A DNA stretch of 52,844 nucleotides from Mollicutes bacterium (lineage in GTDB: Bacteria > Bacillota_I > Bacilli_A > RF39 > UBA660), in contig DUQO01000035.1 in the NCBI GenBank assembly GCA_012837765.1, positions 1-52,844 on the forward strand, read 5' to 3'. The first letter of the stretch is position 1, and each line of letters opens with the position of its first letter. This document shows positions 18,570-28,685 of this stretch, piece after piece. Position numbers and translations under genes: made by a program. Below the pieces are notes generated by a model. That model made no database searches. It saw nothing but the letters and a program-made list of their open reading frames with translations, and was not told the DNA's origin.

Positions 18570-20382
18570 ATTTAAAATACTCATTATACCATGTTAAAAA
18601 GGTATATATTGTCCATATCTTTCGACTATTGTCTTTCTTATTGTTTATGTGGTCATCTAATAATTTTAAAGTTTCTCGTGTGTTGAAAAATTTGTTTCCT
18701 CTTAAAAAAGACTTCTTTATTAGATTATATGTATCTTCTTCTTTAATCCATTCTCTAATAGGTACTGGAAAACCAAGCTTCTTTTTATTCGCTACCTCAT
18801 CATTTATTAGTTCATTAGCAACTAAACGATATGCATATTTAGTAGTTTTATTAGTAACCTTATATTTAGTGGGCATTCTTCTTCCTAAATTTATTACATT
18901 TTTATCTAAAAATGGCAATCTAACTTCTAGCGAATTGGCCATACTCATTTTATCAGCTTTAAGTAAAATATCATCTACTAACCAAAAATTAAAGTCAATA
19001 TATTGCATTTTGGTTACATCATCTAAATTTTTCGCTTTATCATAATATGGTTTAGTTATTTCTTTATAATCTTTTGCTCTTGTCTTAAAATTCAATAGTT
19101 TTTTTCGTTCTTTAGTATCAAAAATGAAAGCGTTACCCACATATCTTTCTTCTAATTTTCTTCCTCTTCTTACAATAAAATTTATCCCCCTTACTTTTGG
19201 TAAGCAAGATGCAACTTTACTAATAAAACGTCTTATGAAGAAAGGTATCTTATTATACCAAGATATAGAAAGAGGTTCTTGATAAATGTTATAGCCACCA
19301 AATATTTCATCTGCCCCTTCACCTGAAAAACAAACTTTAACATGTTTTGATGCAATGTTAGCAGCAAAATATAAGGCAATAGCAGCTGGATCAGCTAATG
19401 GTTCATCCATATAATATTGAATTGTAGGAAACTTTTTAAAATACTCTTCTTTCGAGATTATTTTGTTTACGTTCTCTATTTTGTTTTCTGAAGAAAAATC
19501 CTTGGCATAATCAATTTCACTATATTTTTTGTTTTCAAAACCAACGGTAAAGCTTTTTTTAACTTTACTTGCTTTTATTAAGTATGAAGAATCAACGCCA
19601 CTAGATAAAAAACCACCTGTTTTAACCTTACTTGTTTTATGCGCTTTAATCGAATTTGCTAACACTTTATTAATTTCATTTTTCCAATAATCAAGTGTTT
19701 GATTATCATCAATATCAAATGAAAATTCATAGTATTTTTTTATTTCTATTTCTTTTCCTTTATAAATCAAATAATGTCCTGGTGGTAATTTAAAGACATT
19801 TTTAAAAAATGTTTCTGGTCCTTTTGAATATTGAAAAGTTAAATAATTTTCTAATGCCCTTTTATTTAACTCCTTTCTGAATTCAGGATGTGGTAAAAAG
19901 GCTTTAATTTCTGAAGCAAACATGAATGTTTTATTCATCAAAGTATAGTATAAAGGCTTTATCCCATAAAAATCTCTTGCTCCAAACACTTCCTTTTTGT
20001 TTGAATCATAGATTACAAAAGCAAACATTCCTCTCAATTTATTAAGTATATCAACACCATATTCTTCATAACCATGTAATACAACTTCAACATCAGAATC
20101 GGTGTTAAAAGTATGACCTTTCTTTATCAATTGCTTTCTTAAATCTTTGTAATTATATATTCTTCCATCGAATGTAATGATAAGTGTTTTATCTTCGTTA
20201 TACATTGGCTGATTATCATTAGATAGATCATTGATTTTAAGCAAACGAAAACCTAAGGCAATATCATCATCAACATGATACCCTTCTGAATCTGGTCCTC
20301 GATGTTTTATTTTATTACTCATCTTTTTAATAATTGTTTTTTTGTTTTTCTTATTTGAAATAAATCCTACAAATCCACACAT
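18568..20382 (-). CDS. asnB: Asparagine synthase-family amidotransferase (probable peptidoglycan mDAP amidase), with atypical glutaminase site
   Basis: MCG start, HRGPD, LSSGVDSS, SGEGADEIFGGY; 2 bp downstream of murE. Confidence 0.9.
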   Translation of the reverse strand: MCGFVGFISNKKNKKTIIKKMSNKIKHRGPDSEGYHVDDDIALGFRLLKINDLSNDNQPMYNEDKTLIITFDGRIYNYKDLRKQLIKKGHTFNTDSDVEVVLHGYEEYGVDILNKLRGMFAFVIYDSNKKEVFGARDFYGIKPLYYTLMNKTFMFASEIKAFLPHPEFRKELNKRALENYLTFQYSKGPETFFKNVFKLPPGHYLIYKGKEIEIKKYYEFSFDIDDNQTLDYWKNEINKVLANSIKAHKTSKVKTGGFLSSGVDSSYLIKASKVKKSFTVGFENKKYSEIDYAKDFSSENKIENVNKIISKEEYFKKFPTIQYYMDEPLADPAAIALYFAANIASKHVKVCFSGEGADEIFGGYNIYQEPLSISWYNKIPFFIRRFISKVASCLPKVRGINFIVRRGRKLEERYVGNAFIFDTKERKKLLNFKTRAKDYKEITKPYYDKAKNLDDVTKMQYIDFNFWLVDDILLKADKMSMANSLEVRLPFLDKNVINLGRRMPTKYKVTNKTTKYAYRLVANELINDEVANKKKLGFPVPIREWIKEEDTYNLIKKSFLRGNKFFNTRETLKLLDDHINNKKDNSRKIWTIYTFLTWYNEYFK

Positions 20383-20384
20383 TT

Positions 20385-21758
20385 TTAAACCTCTTGTTTC
20401 TTTTCAATATATTTTTTTACATGTTCTCTATCATCATGAAACATTTTTTCTTTACCAATGATTTGATAATTTTCATGTCCTTTTCCTAATATTAATAAGA
20501 TGTCTTCTCCATCTAACATATCGACACCTTTTTCAATAGCTCTTTTTCTATCATGAATTATCTCATAATTATCAGTTTTTAAACCACTAACAATATCATT
20601 CATAATTTGTTTTTCATCTTCTGTTCTAGGATTATCATTAGTAAAAATAACATAATCACTTAATTCTGTAGCGATAGCTCCCATTATCGGTCTTTTCATT
20701 CTATCACGGTCACCGCCACACCCAACAATGGTAATAATACGATCCTTTTTGTAACTATTGACACCATTTAAAACATTAGATACAGCATCTGGTGTATGAG
20801 CATAATCGACAAAGATCATTGAATTTTTATATTTTATACCATCCATTCTTCCAGGAGGAGAAGTTATAAAATCATTCTTTTTTGTAATCTCTTCAATACT
20901 ATAACCCATTTTATTAGCAATTATTAAACAGACTAAATAATTGTATATGTTATATTTACCTACTAACTTAGTCGTTATATGAAACGTTTGATCATTTACT
21001 TTTAAATCAAATGTCGTTTTATTTATTTCTAGTTTATAATCTAATATTTTATAATCCGATTCATTACTAAATCCATATATGACATTCTCATTATCTAAAA
21101 GAAAATGTTTATAATTATCATCATCACCATTAACTAAAACAAGTCCATTCTTCTTAACTTTTTTAAACAGTTTTTGTTTTGCTTTCATATAGTTATTAAG
21201 CGTCTTATGATAATCTAAATGATCTTGTGTTAAATTAGTAAAAACAGCATAATCATATGTTATTCCTTCTACTCTTCCATAAGAAAGAGCATGACTACTA
21301 ACTTCCATTACTATTACTTCAACGTTTTTTTCTTTACATCTTAAAAACATCTCATACAAATCTAGTATTTCAGGCGTTGTATTTTGAAGCGTTTCTATCT
21401 CATCTTCAATGTAAAAGCCTATCGTTCCTATGTACGCTGTTTTTTTACCTAATAAATTTAATAATTTATATATAAGATAACAACTTGTGGTTTTCCCATT
21501 AGTTCCTGTAATTCCTATAAAAGTGATGTCTTTTAAAACATCACTATACTTTTCTTTCAAATACTTTGTTAAATATTCTCTTGTGTCCTTAACTATAAGG
21601 GTCGGAACTTCATATTGACCTGTCTCAGCAACAATCATACTTGCTCCATTTTCAATAGCTTGTTTGATATAAGAATGTCCATCACTATTAACACCACGCA
21701 TGGCGACAAAGGTATCACCTTTAACAACTTTTCTCGAGTCTACTTTTATATTCATCAT
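20385..21758 (-). CDS. murE: UDP-MurNAc-tripeptide synthetase (meso-DAP type)
   Basis: GITGTNGKTT, EVSSHAL, DHLDYH, DYAHTPDA, DNPR, GKGHE. Confidence 0.95.
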   Translation of the reverse strand: MMNIKVDSRKVVKGDTFVAMRGVNSDGHSYIKQAIENGASMIVAETGQYEVPTLIVKDTREYLTKYLKEKYSDVLKDITFIGITGTNGKTTSCYLIYKLLNLLGKKTAYIGTIGFYIEDEIETLQNTTPEILDLYEMFLRCKEKNVEVIVMEVSSHALSYGRVEGITYDYAVFTNLTQDHLDYHKTLNNYMKAKQKLFKKVKKNGLVLVNGDDDNYKHFLLDNENVIYGFSNESDYKILDYKLEINKTTFDLKVNDQTFHITTKLVGKYNIYNYLVCLIIANKMGYSIEEITKKNDFITSPPGRMDGIKYKNSMIFVDYAHTPDAVSNVLNGVNSYKKDRIITIVGCGGDRDRMKRPIMGAIATELSDYVIFTNDNPRTEDEKQIMNDIVSGLKTDNYEIIHDRKRAIEKGVDMLDGEDILLILGKGHENYQIIGKEKMFHDDREHVKKYIEKKQEV

Positions 21759-21919
21759 ATCGACTCTCCTCTCATAACAAAACTGCCTAATACTAATATT
21801 AATTATAACATTGAGACTACTTGTTGTAAATAAAGCTTTTTAAAAATAAAAAAACACCTGAAGGTGCAATCTTTTTGGGATGCTAGTTAGATAGGGGGGT
21901 TACAAAAATTGTAATGAGA

Positions 21920-22347
21920 TTAATTTGATTTCAAATTAGGGATAACTAGAATTTCCTTGGTTATAGAATTTCGATTAGTTGGTTTAAATATAGTAAAATC
22001 TCCCAAATAAATAAAAATCATTTTCTTTTAATAATACAATATATTCTTGCCCTAATTCTAAATTTTGATGATTATCAAATTCATAATAAATATATAATTC
22101 ATCAAGTTCTTCTTCGGATATTTTATTAAGTCCCATTTTTTGTATTCTCTCTTCTGTTGTACTTCCACAACTGCTTTATTGTAACATATCCTCCACTTTG
22201 ACTTATATCGATTATTTCAGGAACAAAATTGCCTTTTAACACTTCAAGAACTTGAACCTTTATCAAAGATATTGGAAAAGGATTATCATTCTCAAATATT
22301 CTAACTCTTAATATATAGTCAGATTCATTAACAACATAATCAACCAT
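21920..22347 (-). pseudogene. Fragmented hypothetical gene
   Basis: ORF 22126-22347 continues in other frames (KISEEELDELYIYYEFDNHQNLELG; EYIVLLKENDFY; GDFTIFKPTNRN...). A hairpin + T-tract follows at ~21849-21867. Confidence 0.5.
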
Positions 22348-22471
22348 GTAAATATTATAATACTACAAAGATTATTGATGTACAATCATAACAATTGGCA
22401 TGTCATATGTAGTGATTGTTTTTTCAAAAGGAGAATAATCTAATAGTAGATAAGATAAAGGAGGAATTGTT

Positions 22472-22654
22472 ATGTTTCCTTGTTCATATCCTTTTCCTGG
22501 AGCTTGTTGGCCTGGCTTTGGTGGCTGGGGAGGTTTCGGCGGCTGGGGCGGATTTGGTGGCTGCGGCAGTGGTTGGGGATGGGCTATCGCAATTATAATT
22601 GTATTGTTTTTAATTTTTGCAATAGCACGTCCACATTATAGAAAAGGGTTTTAA
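22472..22654 (+). CDS. Gly-rich YjcZ-like small sporulation membrane protein
   Basis: AAGGAGG RBS; GGWGGF repeats then WAIAIIIVLFLIF; terminator AAAATCAC/GTGATTTT follows. Confidence 0.7.
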   Translation: MFPCSYPFPGACWPGFGGWGGFGGWGGFGGCGSGWGWAIAIIIVLFLIFAIARPHYRKGF

Positions 22655-22725
22655 CAGAAAATCACAATAGTGATTTTTTGTTTTATAAATAAAATCTTCT
22701 AGCTAATACTATTAGGGGTGATAAA

Positions 22726-23504
22726 ATGAAAATATTGATTACAGGAGCTAGAAGTGGTATTGGATATGCTGCTGCATTAGAACTATTAAAAAGAAGACAT
22801 TTTGTTTATCTATCAGTTGAAAGTAATGAGCATTTACATGCGTTAGAAAAAAAGAAGAGTTAAAAGGTGAAAATGTTGAACTCTTAAAACTTGATATAAC
22901 AAATCAAGAGGATAGAGAAAAAGTAAGTAATTTAGATATAGATGTGTTAATCAACAATGCTGCTATTGGTATAGGTGGATCTATAGTAGAAGCTAAAATG
23001 GAAAGAATTAGAGAAAATTTTGAAGTAAACTTCTTTGGAACTATTGCATTGACACAAATATTTTTACGAAAAATGATACAAAAAAATAGCGGGCGAATAA
23101 TAATGATTTCATCTATGGCTGGTGATTTAGCTTTTCCTTGGCTTGGTATATATTCATCTACTAAAGCAGCTTTGAACTGTCTTACAACATCATTATATAA
23201 AGAGTTAAAAAGTGTTGATTCAAATGTAAAAGTAATAATTATTGAGCCTGGATTATATAGAACTGGTTTTAACGAAGTTATGATGGACAATAAATATGAT
23301 GATGAAGATTCTATGTTTAAAGAATATCGAAAAAAGATATATGATAATAAACAATTAAAAATCAATTTTCTTAGTAGTAATAATTTAAAAAGTATTGTAG
23401 ACCAAATTGTAAAAGCGGTCGAAGATGAAAATCCTCGTTTTAAATACAAAGCTCCTTTTATTCATCAAGTGCTAAAAAAAAGCTATGTTATAGTTAAGAA
23501 TTAA
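22726..23504 (+). CDS. Short-chain dehydrogenase/reductase, split by a -1 frameshift at 22847-22854
   Basis: MKILITGARSGIG (frame 0) joins ...LDIT...DVLINNAAIG...YSSTK (frame -1). Confidence 0.85.
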
Positions 23505-23524
23505 AGACACCTCTGGTGTCTTCT

Positions 23525-23845
23525 TTATTCTAATAAACTAGCAATTTGAAAATTATGTCTATGACCATCACTAACTGTTGTTGTACCTGCCACTAAATGT
23601 ATATGTCTATTGTTTGCAATTGGTATTTGAAGACCACTCCTTACACTAATTTGATGAATGTGTCCATCATCATAACTTGTATTACTAACTACCTCATGTA
23701 TATGTCCTCCTGGTACAGCTATCGCTTTACTATCTATTGCTGCAATACGATGATTATGATTATCATTGATAAAAGTACTTCCTAACAATTCATGAGTATG
23801 ATTAGGTGCAAATTGATTAGGTCCAACATAATGATTATTGTTCAT
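23525..23845 (-). CDS. YmaF-family His-rich protein (sporulation-associated)
   Basis: HTHE, HNHR, HIHE, GHIH, HIH, GHRH repeats. Confidence 0.75.
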   Translation of the reverse strand: MNNNHYVGPNQFAPNHTHELLGSTFINDNHNHRIAAIDSKAIAVPGGHIHEVVSNTSYDDGHIHQISVRSGLQIPIANNRHIHLVAGTTTVSDGHRHNFQIASLLE

Positions 23846-23905
23846 TTTATCCCCTTCTCGCTATTACATAGTATTCTATAATGAACAATAATGTTTATTA
23901 AATTT

Positions 23906-24610
23906 TTATATTAAATAAGGAGTATTACTAACAACTTCATTTTTTGTTCTATCAAAACGAAGAGGTGTCACTATCATTCCTAATGTGTCTGCATTATAAT
24001 AACCTATTATTCTTTGAATGGCTTGTAAATTATAAGTTCCATTACTAAATATTGGACGAAGTTCAATTATAGGAGACACCATCCCTTTCATTGAATTTAT
24101 TAATTTACCATCAGAATTATATAAATTTTTTAAATAATCCCCTCTATTACTTATATTTATATTTTGTTTAAAGTCAGAAAACAACCCTTTCACTTCCACA
24201 ATATAATTATCTTTATAATTAACATCATATTGATGTTCACTGTTAAATTGTTCAAAATCAAACACTCTATTTGCTTCATTATCAACAAATGAATATATGT
24301 AAAAATAACTTTCTCTTCCAGTATTACCAGATTCTATAGATATAAATATGTCATCAATACCATCTTTTGTAAAATCACCTACAAAAAGTTTTGGGTTATA
24401 TCCTTTATTAACTTTTAAATTGATATGATATGTTTTTCCATTCTCAACATCAACCCTTATGTTACTAGCTACAATTCCTGTTGTTTCCCTTCTGCCTGTT
24501 AAATAAATATTTTCAGCAACTCCATCTCCATTTACATCAGCTCTTTTAGTATCAAAGATAATAATATTATTTGATACATCATTCTGTCTATAATTTAGTA
24601 TGTGTTCCAT
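23906..24610 (-). CDS. FG-GAP/VCBS-like repeat protein (spore-coat associated family)
   Basis: ADVNGDG and GDFTKDGIDDI; YNADTLG; CATAtaaTA sporulation-type -10 upstream. Confidence 0.6.
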   Translation of the reverse strand: MEHILNYRQNDVSNNIIIFDTKRADVNGDGVAENIYLTGRRETTGIVASNIRVDVENGKTYHINLKVNKGYNPKLFVGDFTKDGIDDIFISIESGNTGRESYFYIYSFVDNEANRVFDFEQFNSEHQYDVNYKDNYIVEVKGLFSDFKQNINISNRGDYLKNLYNSDGKLINSMKGMVSPIIELRPIFSNGTYNLQAIQRIIGYYNADTLGMIVTPLRFDRTKNEVVSNTPYLI

Positions 24611-24646
24611 TTTAACACTTCCTAACTTATCATATTATATGATAAA

Positions 24647-25249
24647 TCAGCCTTTAGAAATGACTCTTTTATTAACACCACTTATAATATAATTTTTAAT
24701 GTATGGAATAGATATAAAGAAGCCACCAATAATAGCTGTTATTATATCTAGCATTGTGTCTGTATTACCTTTCTGGGCATTTTTGTTAAAAATTAAATCA
24801 AAGAAAAACTCAACTATTTCCCAGGTTGTTGCTACAGCAATATTGATAACTGTTATCAATAAGAAAAATTCCCTCTTATTAATCTTTGTTTTATACAATC
24901 TCTCAAGTAAAATAATGGAAATAACAGTTACAAACATACCAGACGTAAAATGAATTAATTTATCATAAAACATAACCTTACTATAAAAATCACCTATAGC
25001 ACCAAAAATACCACTTCCTAAAATAAATAATAAATAGCTTAATTTTAATGTTTCATCTATTCTTGTTTTAATTATTTTTTCTAAAACAAACACAAACAAC
25101 GGCAATAATATCATTAACATACTACTTATCATCATAAAAACATCGTTTTTTGTTAAATATAATATTGCATAACTAATACAAATTACAATTGATAATATAG
25201 TAATAGCAATATTTAATTTTAATAGAGGTGTTGCTTTGCTTTTTTTCAT
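24647..25249 (-). CDS. Integral membrane protein (YjdF/DUF2238-like)
   Basis: YDKLIHFTSG, WEIVEF, DTMLD motifs. Confidence 0.7.
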   Translation of the reverse strand: MKKSKATPLLKLNIAITILSIVICISYAILYLTKNDVFMMISSMLMILLPLFVFVLEKIIKTRIDETLKLSYLLFILGSGIFGAIGDFYSKVMFYDKLIHFTSGMFVTVISIILLERLYKTKINKREFFLLITVINIAVATTWEIVEFFFDLIFNKNAQKGNTDTMLDIITAIIGGFFISIPYIKNYIISGVNKRVISKG

Positions 25250-25344
25250 TTTGATACTCCTTATTTACAATGTATTTATATTATATAATATTTTATTTTT
25301 ATTATTAAAATTATTGAAAAAAGGGAGTTAAACTCCCTTTTTTA

Positions 25345-25428
25345 TTAGCACCAACCTATTACAATTACTAAAAGGATGAATAAAACTAATACAAAAGCAC
25401 TTCCATAACCGCCTACACCAGTAGTCAT
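25345..25428 (-). CDS. YjcZ/SscA-family small sporulation protein (27 aa, not in ORF track)
   Basis: AAGGAGGGG RBS; MTTGVGGYGSAFVLVLFILLVIVIGWC; terminator AAGGGAG/CTCCCTT follows. Confidence 0.8.
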   Translation of the reverse strand: MTTGVGGYGSAFVLVLFILLVIVIGWC

Positions 25429-25598
25429 AATTACCCCTCCTTTATTATTGGTACACTATAGTGTATTAATAAAAGTAAAAAATTGTTATAATACTAATCT
25501 TAATTTAATAACATTATTTAAAAAAGAATGTCTTGTATATCATAAAAGTAATTACACAAACTAATAATGTATGCTTGCAGTACGGAGGTGTTCGTCAT

Positions 25599-25769
25599 AT
25601 GAGCAGTAGAAAAAGAAGTATAATGAGCGAAAATCTTAAACAAGAAATTGCAAACGAATTAGGTGTTTATAACATCGTAAAAAATGAAGGCTGGGGAACT
25701 GTCCCGTCAAGAACTTGTGGTAACATGGTTACCAAAGCTATTGAAATAGCTAACAGAAAATTTCAATAA
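25599..25769 (+). CDS. sspF: Small acid-soluble spore protein, SspF type
   Basis: GGAGGTG RBS; MSSRKRSIMSENLKQEIANELG...GWG...GNMVTKAIEIA. Confidence 0.8.
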   Translation: MSSRKRSIMSENLKQEIANELGVYNIVKNEGWGTVPSRTCGNMVTKAIEIANRKFQ

Positions 25770-25833
25770 GGTAGATGCAAGCATACAAAAAAAACAGGGA
25801 TTAAATCCCTGTTTATTTTTCTTATCATAATAT

Positions 25834-27075
25834 TTATTTATTTATCACAAATAAATAAATAGCTGCTAAAAATTCTTTTGGAAACAACAGTGTTATATTC
25901 GATAATTCTTTACTTGACTTAACTTTATTATAAGTTTCTATTTCATCATATATATATTTTATCATGTTTCTTTCTTTTATTAGTCCTTTGATATTTCCTG
26001 ATTTAATTTTTTGTTTAATCGTTTTTTTATCAACAGGTTCCATCTTAGATATTTTGTCGCTAAGTATTTTATTAAATTTATCAATATCGTATATTAAAGA
26101 ATCATTAAGTTCAAAAGATTTACCTAAAAAATCAATGATCTTAGTTAAATTATCGATACTTATTTCCTTTTTATAAGTTGCCTTTAAAACTTTTCCTATT
26201 GCAGAACTTTTTTTGTTATCCATCAACCTATTTAATTCTTTTTCCAATTTAGTTTTATACCTTTTGTAATTTTTAGTTAGGTTGCCATGCTTAAAAGTAA
26301 ACTTATCACCATCTAATTTATTAAATGTTTTCATTGTATCATTATATCCTAATCGTATTCCTCTTCTAGCAGCATGTTTATGAAACACTAAAAAGAAAAC
26401 TAATTTATTTCTTGGTTTAATATATGTTACCTTAATGTTTTTTTCTTTCAATTTTCTTTTAAATCCAAGTGATTTTAAATCAACAGCAATTATCTCGTCA
26501 GCTCCCATTTCAACTGCTAAATTCATTGGCAGATTGTCATAGTAAGCTCCATCTATATAATGTTCCCCATCTATATTTTTCTTTTTAAAAGCAGGAAAGC
26601 AAGTAGCAGAAGCCATTAAGTAATCTCTTAATTTTCCTTTAGGGACATCTTTCTTAGTAAGTTTTATTGGCTTTAAAGTAGTCAAATTAAAGGTAGTGAG
26701 TCCGAAATCTATTTTTGAATTTCTAAGTTTATCCTCATCTAATATTTTATCAATAGTTTCTTCTAGACATGAGCATTCTAACCCACGATCCTCAACAATT
26801 GCCTTAAAACACTTTTTACATATTTCCTTATTACTTTCTTTTGAACTAATTTTATGTATATTTTTTCCTCTAAAAACACTATCAGATTTAATGTTATACC
26901 AAAACCATAGACCTTTAAAATAAGTGTTTTGAGTCATTAAGGCTCCATTTAATGCACCAACTGATGAGCCAGTAACAATATGGTATTTAATATTTAATTT
27001 TCGTAGCGCTTTCCAAACCCCCATTTGATAAGCACCTCGTGCGCCACCACCTGATAAAACTATTGCTCTTTTCAT
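25834..27075 (-). CDS. Patatin-like phospholipase
   Basis: GGGARG, GSSVG, DGA(Y) motifs. Confidence 0.9.
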   Translation of the reverse strand: MKRAIVLSGGGARGAYQMGVWKALRKLNIKYHIVTGSSVGALNGALMTQNTYFKGLWFWYNIKSDSVFRGKNIHKISSKESNKEICKKCFKAIVEDRGLECSCLEETIDKILDEDKLRNSKIDFGLTTFNLTTLKPIKLTKKDVPKGKLRDYLMASATCFPAFKKKNIDGEHYIDGAYYDNLPMNLAVEMGADEIIAVDLKSLGFKRKLKEKNIKVTYIKPRNKLVFFLVFHKHAARRGIRLGYNDTMKTFNKLDGDKFTFKHGNLTKNYKRYKTKLEKELNRLMDNKKSSAIGKVLKATYKKEISIDNLTKIIDFLGKSFELNDSLIYDIDKFNKILSDKISKMEPVDKKTIKQKIKSGNIKGLIKERNMIKYIYDEIETYNKVKSSKELSNITLLFPKEFLAAIYLFVINK

Positions 27076-27095
27076 CCTACCATTCCTTTATAATA

Positions 27096-28685
27096 TTAAA
27101 CTATTTTATTAAATTGCTTAATCCCCCATGTATTCAGTAGATAGTGTTCCACAAAATTTATCAACGATAACAAAATAATGATAAAAATAAGTAAAATGTT
27201 AAAACTTATAAGTTTATCAACTAACGGATAAAATAAAACACTTATCATTATAAAAGCAATTGGAAATAGTACACTGATTATTGCACTTGCACTTCTTTTT
27301 ACTATTACTACATCACTAACAGCATCCATCTTAGGAAATTTTAAATTAACTAATAAACCGAATTGGGCTGATGCAAAAGAAGATAAGGTTGCTATTAAAC
27401 TTAAGATTAGTAATTCAACTAAAGTTAATCCAATGGTAAAGTATAATACTATTAAAGAAATATATATATAAGGTAATAACAAACTTATATTAAGTAATAA
27501 TTTACCTTTAAATATTTGCTCTACTCTAACAGGAATAGTTTTTAAAATCCAAAGATTTTTTCCCTCAATCGAAATAGATGATGATGTAGTATTAGAAACA
27601 AAAGCAATAAATATTATAGCTACTACTAATAGGTTAAATATTTGGCCATTAGTACTTAATTCAAATACAACTAAAATTTGTTCCTTATCATAGAAAACAC
27701 TAGCTATAGAAGCAATCAATATTAAAATTAAACCAAAAGAAGTATTAAGAACATAAATAGGAGAAGAAAAATATCTTTTGACTTCTTTAAAATAAAGATT
27801 TTTTAAAATGGAAGAAGATTTTAATTCCTTCATAACATAATTAGATCTTGTTTTTTCTTCTTGTAGTTTAACAATAATTTTTTTATAATTTATACTCAAG
27901 ATATAAGTAAATATTGAAAACAAACCAATGTTTAAAATAACAAAGATAATTAGCGACACAATATCATACGAAGCGATTATTTGATAAACAAGATATAATG
28001 GGTAGAAAAACAATTTCAAAGTTTGCTCTAAATTGTTTGAGTTTCTTACAATATAATTTATAATAACATCGCTTTTTCCAATCACATAATATATCAAAGC
28101 AATAAATAGAAAATAAAGAATTAATTCAACCCAATTTTTTCTACTTGTCTTAGATGTAAGATAAGCAATTATCATACCAATAACAGATGCTAAAATAGTT
28201 GGTATAATGGGTAATAAAATAAAAATTATAAAAGCATAAATATAGTATATAAAAGGAACATCAACTTTTATTGCATATACTATAAAAGTAGGCGCTATAA
28301 AGAAAAGAGAGGTCATTAAATTCCAAAGATAAACATATATTAGTCTACTTCCCAAAATGTCAGAATGTTTGATAGGCATTGAAAATAGCAAATCATTATC
28401 TTTTGAATTGAACATACTCCCTTTTGCATTATATGTTGTAAACATAAAAACCATAAAGGTACTTAATAAATAGAAAAGTACAGGCATGTATGTTATTAGA
28501 TGATATTCGTTTAAGGCATTAGCCACATTTGATACCATTTCATATACCGAAATAAAAAGAGTTGTAATCACGTATATTACAATTGCAATATATATAACCA
28601 TTCTCTTTTTACTAACATTAAGTAATTTCTTAATGTTGTATGTATTTAGCAAGCGAGTTTTTAAAAGTAAATATAAGTTTTTCAT
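27096..28685 (-). CDS. ABC-2 type transporter permease
   Basis: Multi-TM; SKDNDLLFSMP and SIEGKNLWILKT. Confidence 0.85.
   Translation of the reverse strand: MKNLYLLLKTRLLNTYNIKKLLNVSKKRMVIYIAIVIYVITTLFISVYEMVSNVANALNEYHLITYMPVLFYLLSTFMVFMFTTYNAKGSMFNSKDNDLLFSMPIKHSDILGSRLIYVYLWNLMTSLFFIAPTFIVYAIKVDVPFIYYIYAFIIFILLPIIPTILASVIGMIIAYLTSKTSRKNWVELILYFLFIALIYYVIGKSDVIINYIVRNSNNLEQTLKLFFYPLYLVYQIIASYDIVSLIIFVILNIGLFSIFTYILSINYKKIIVKLQEEKTRSNYVMKELKSSSILKNLYFKEVKRYFSSPIYVLNTSFGLILILIASIASVFYDKEQILVVFELSTNGQIFNLLVVAIIFIAFVSNTTSSSISIEGKNLWILKTIPVRVEQIFKGKLLLNISLLLPYIYISLIVLYFTIGLTLVELLILSLIATLSSFASAQFGLLVNLKFPKMDAVSDVVIVKRSASAIISVLFPIAFIMISVLFYPLVDKLISFNILLIFIIILLSLINFVEHYLLNTWGIKQFNKIV

Noticed and set aside
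22416-22598. Alternative-frame 60-aa ORF
   Set aside because: It overlaps the RBS-supported YjcZ-like gene and has only a weak TTG start.
25533-25598. N-terminal extension of SspF in the ORF track
   Set aside because: The GGAGGTG RBS and family alignment support the start at 25599.
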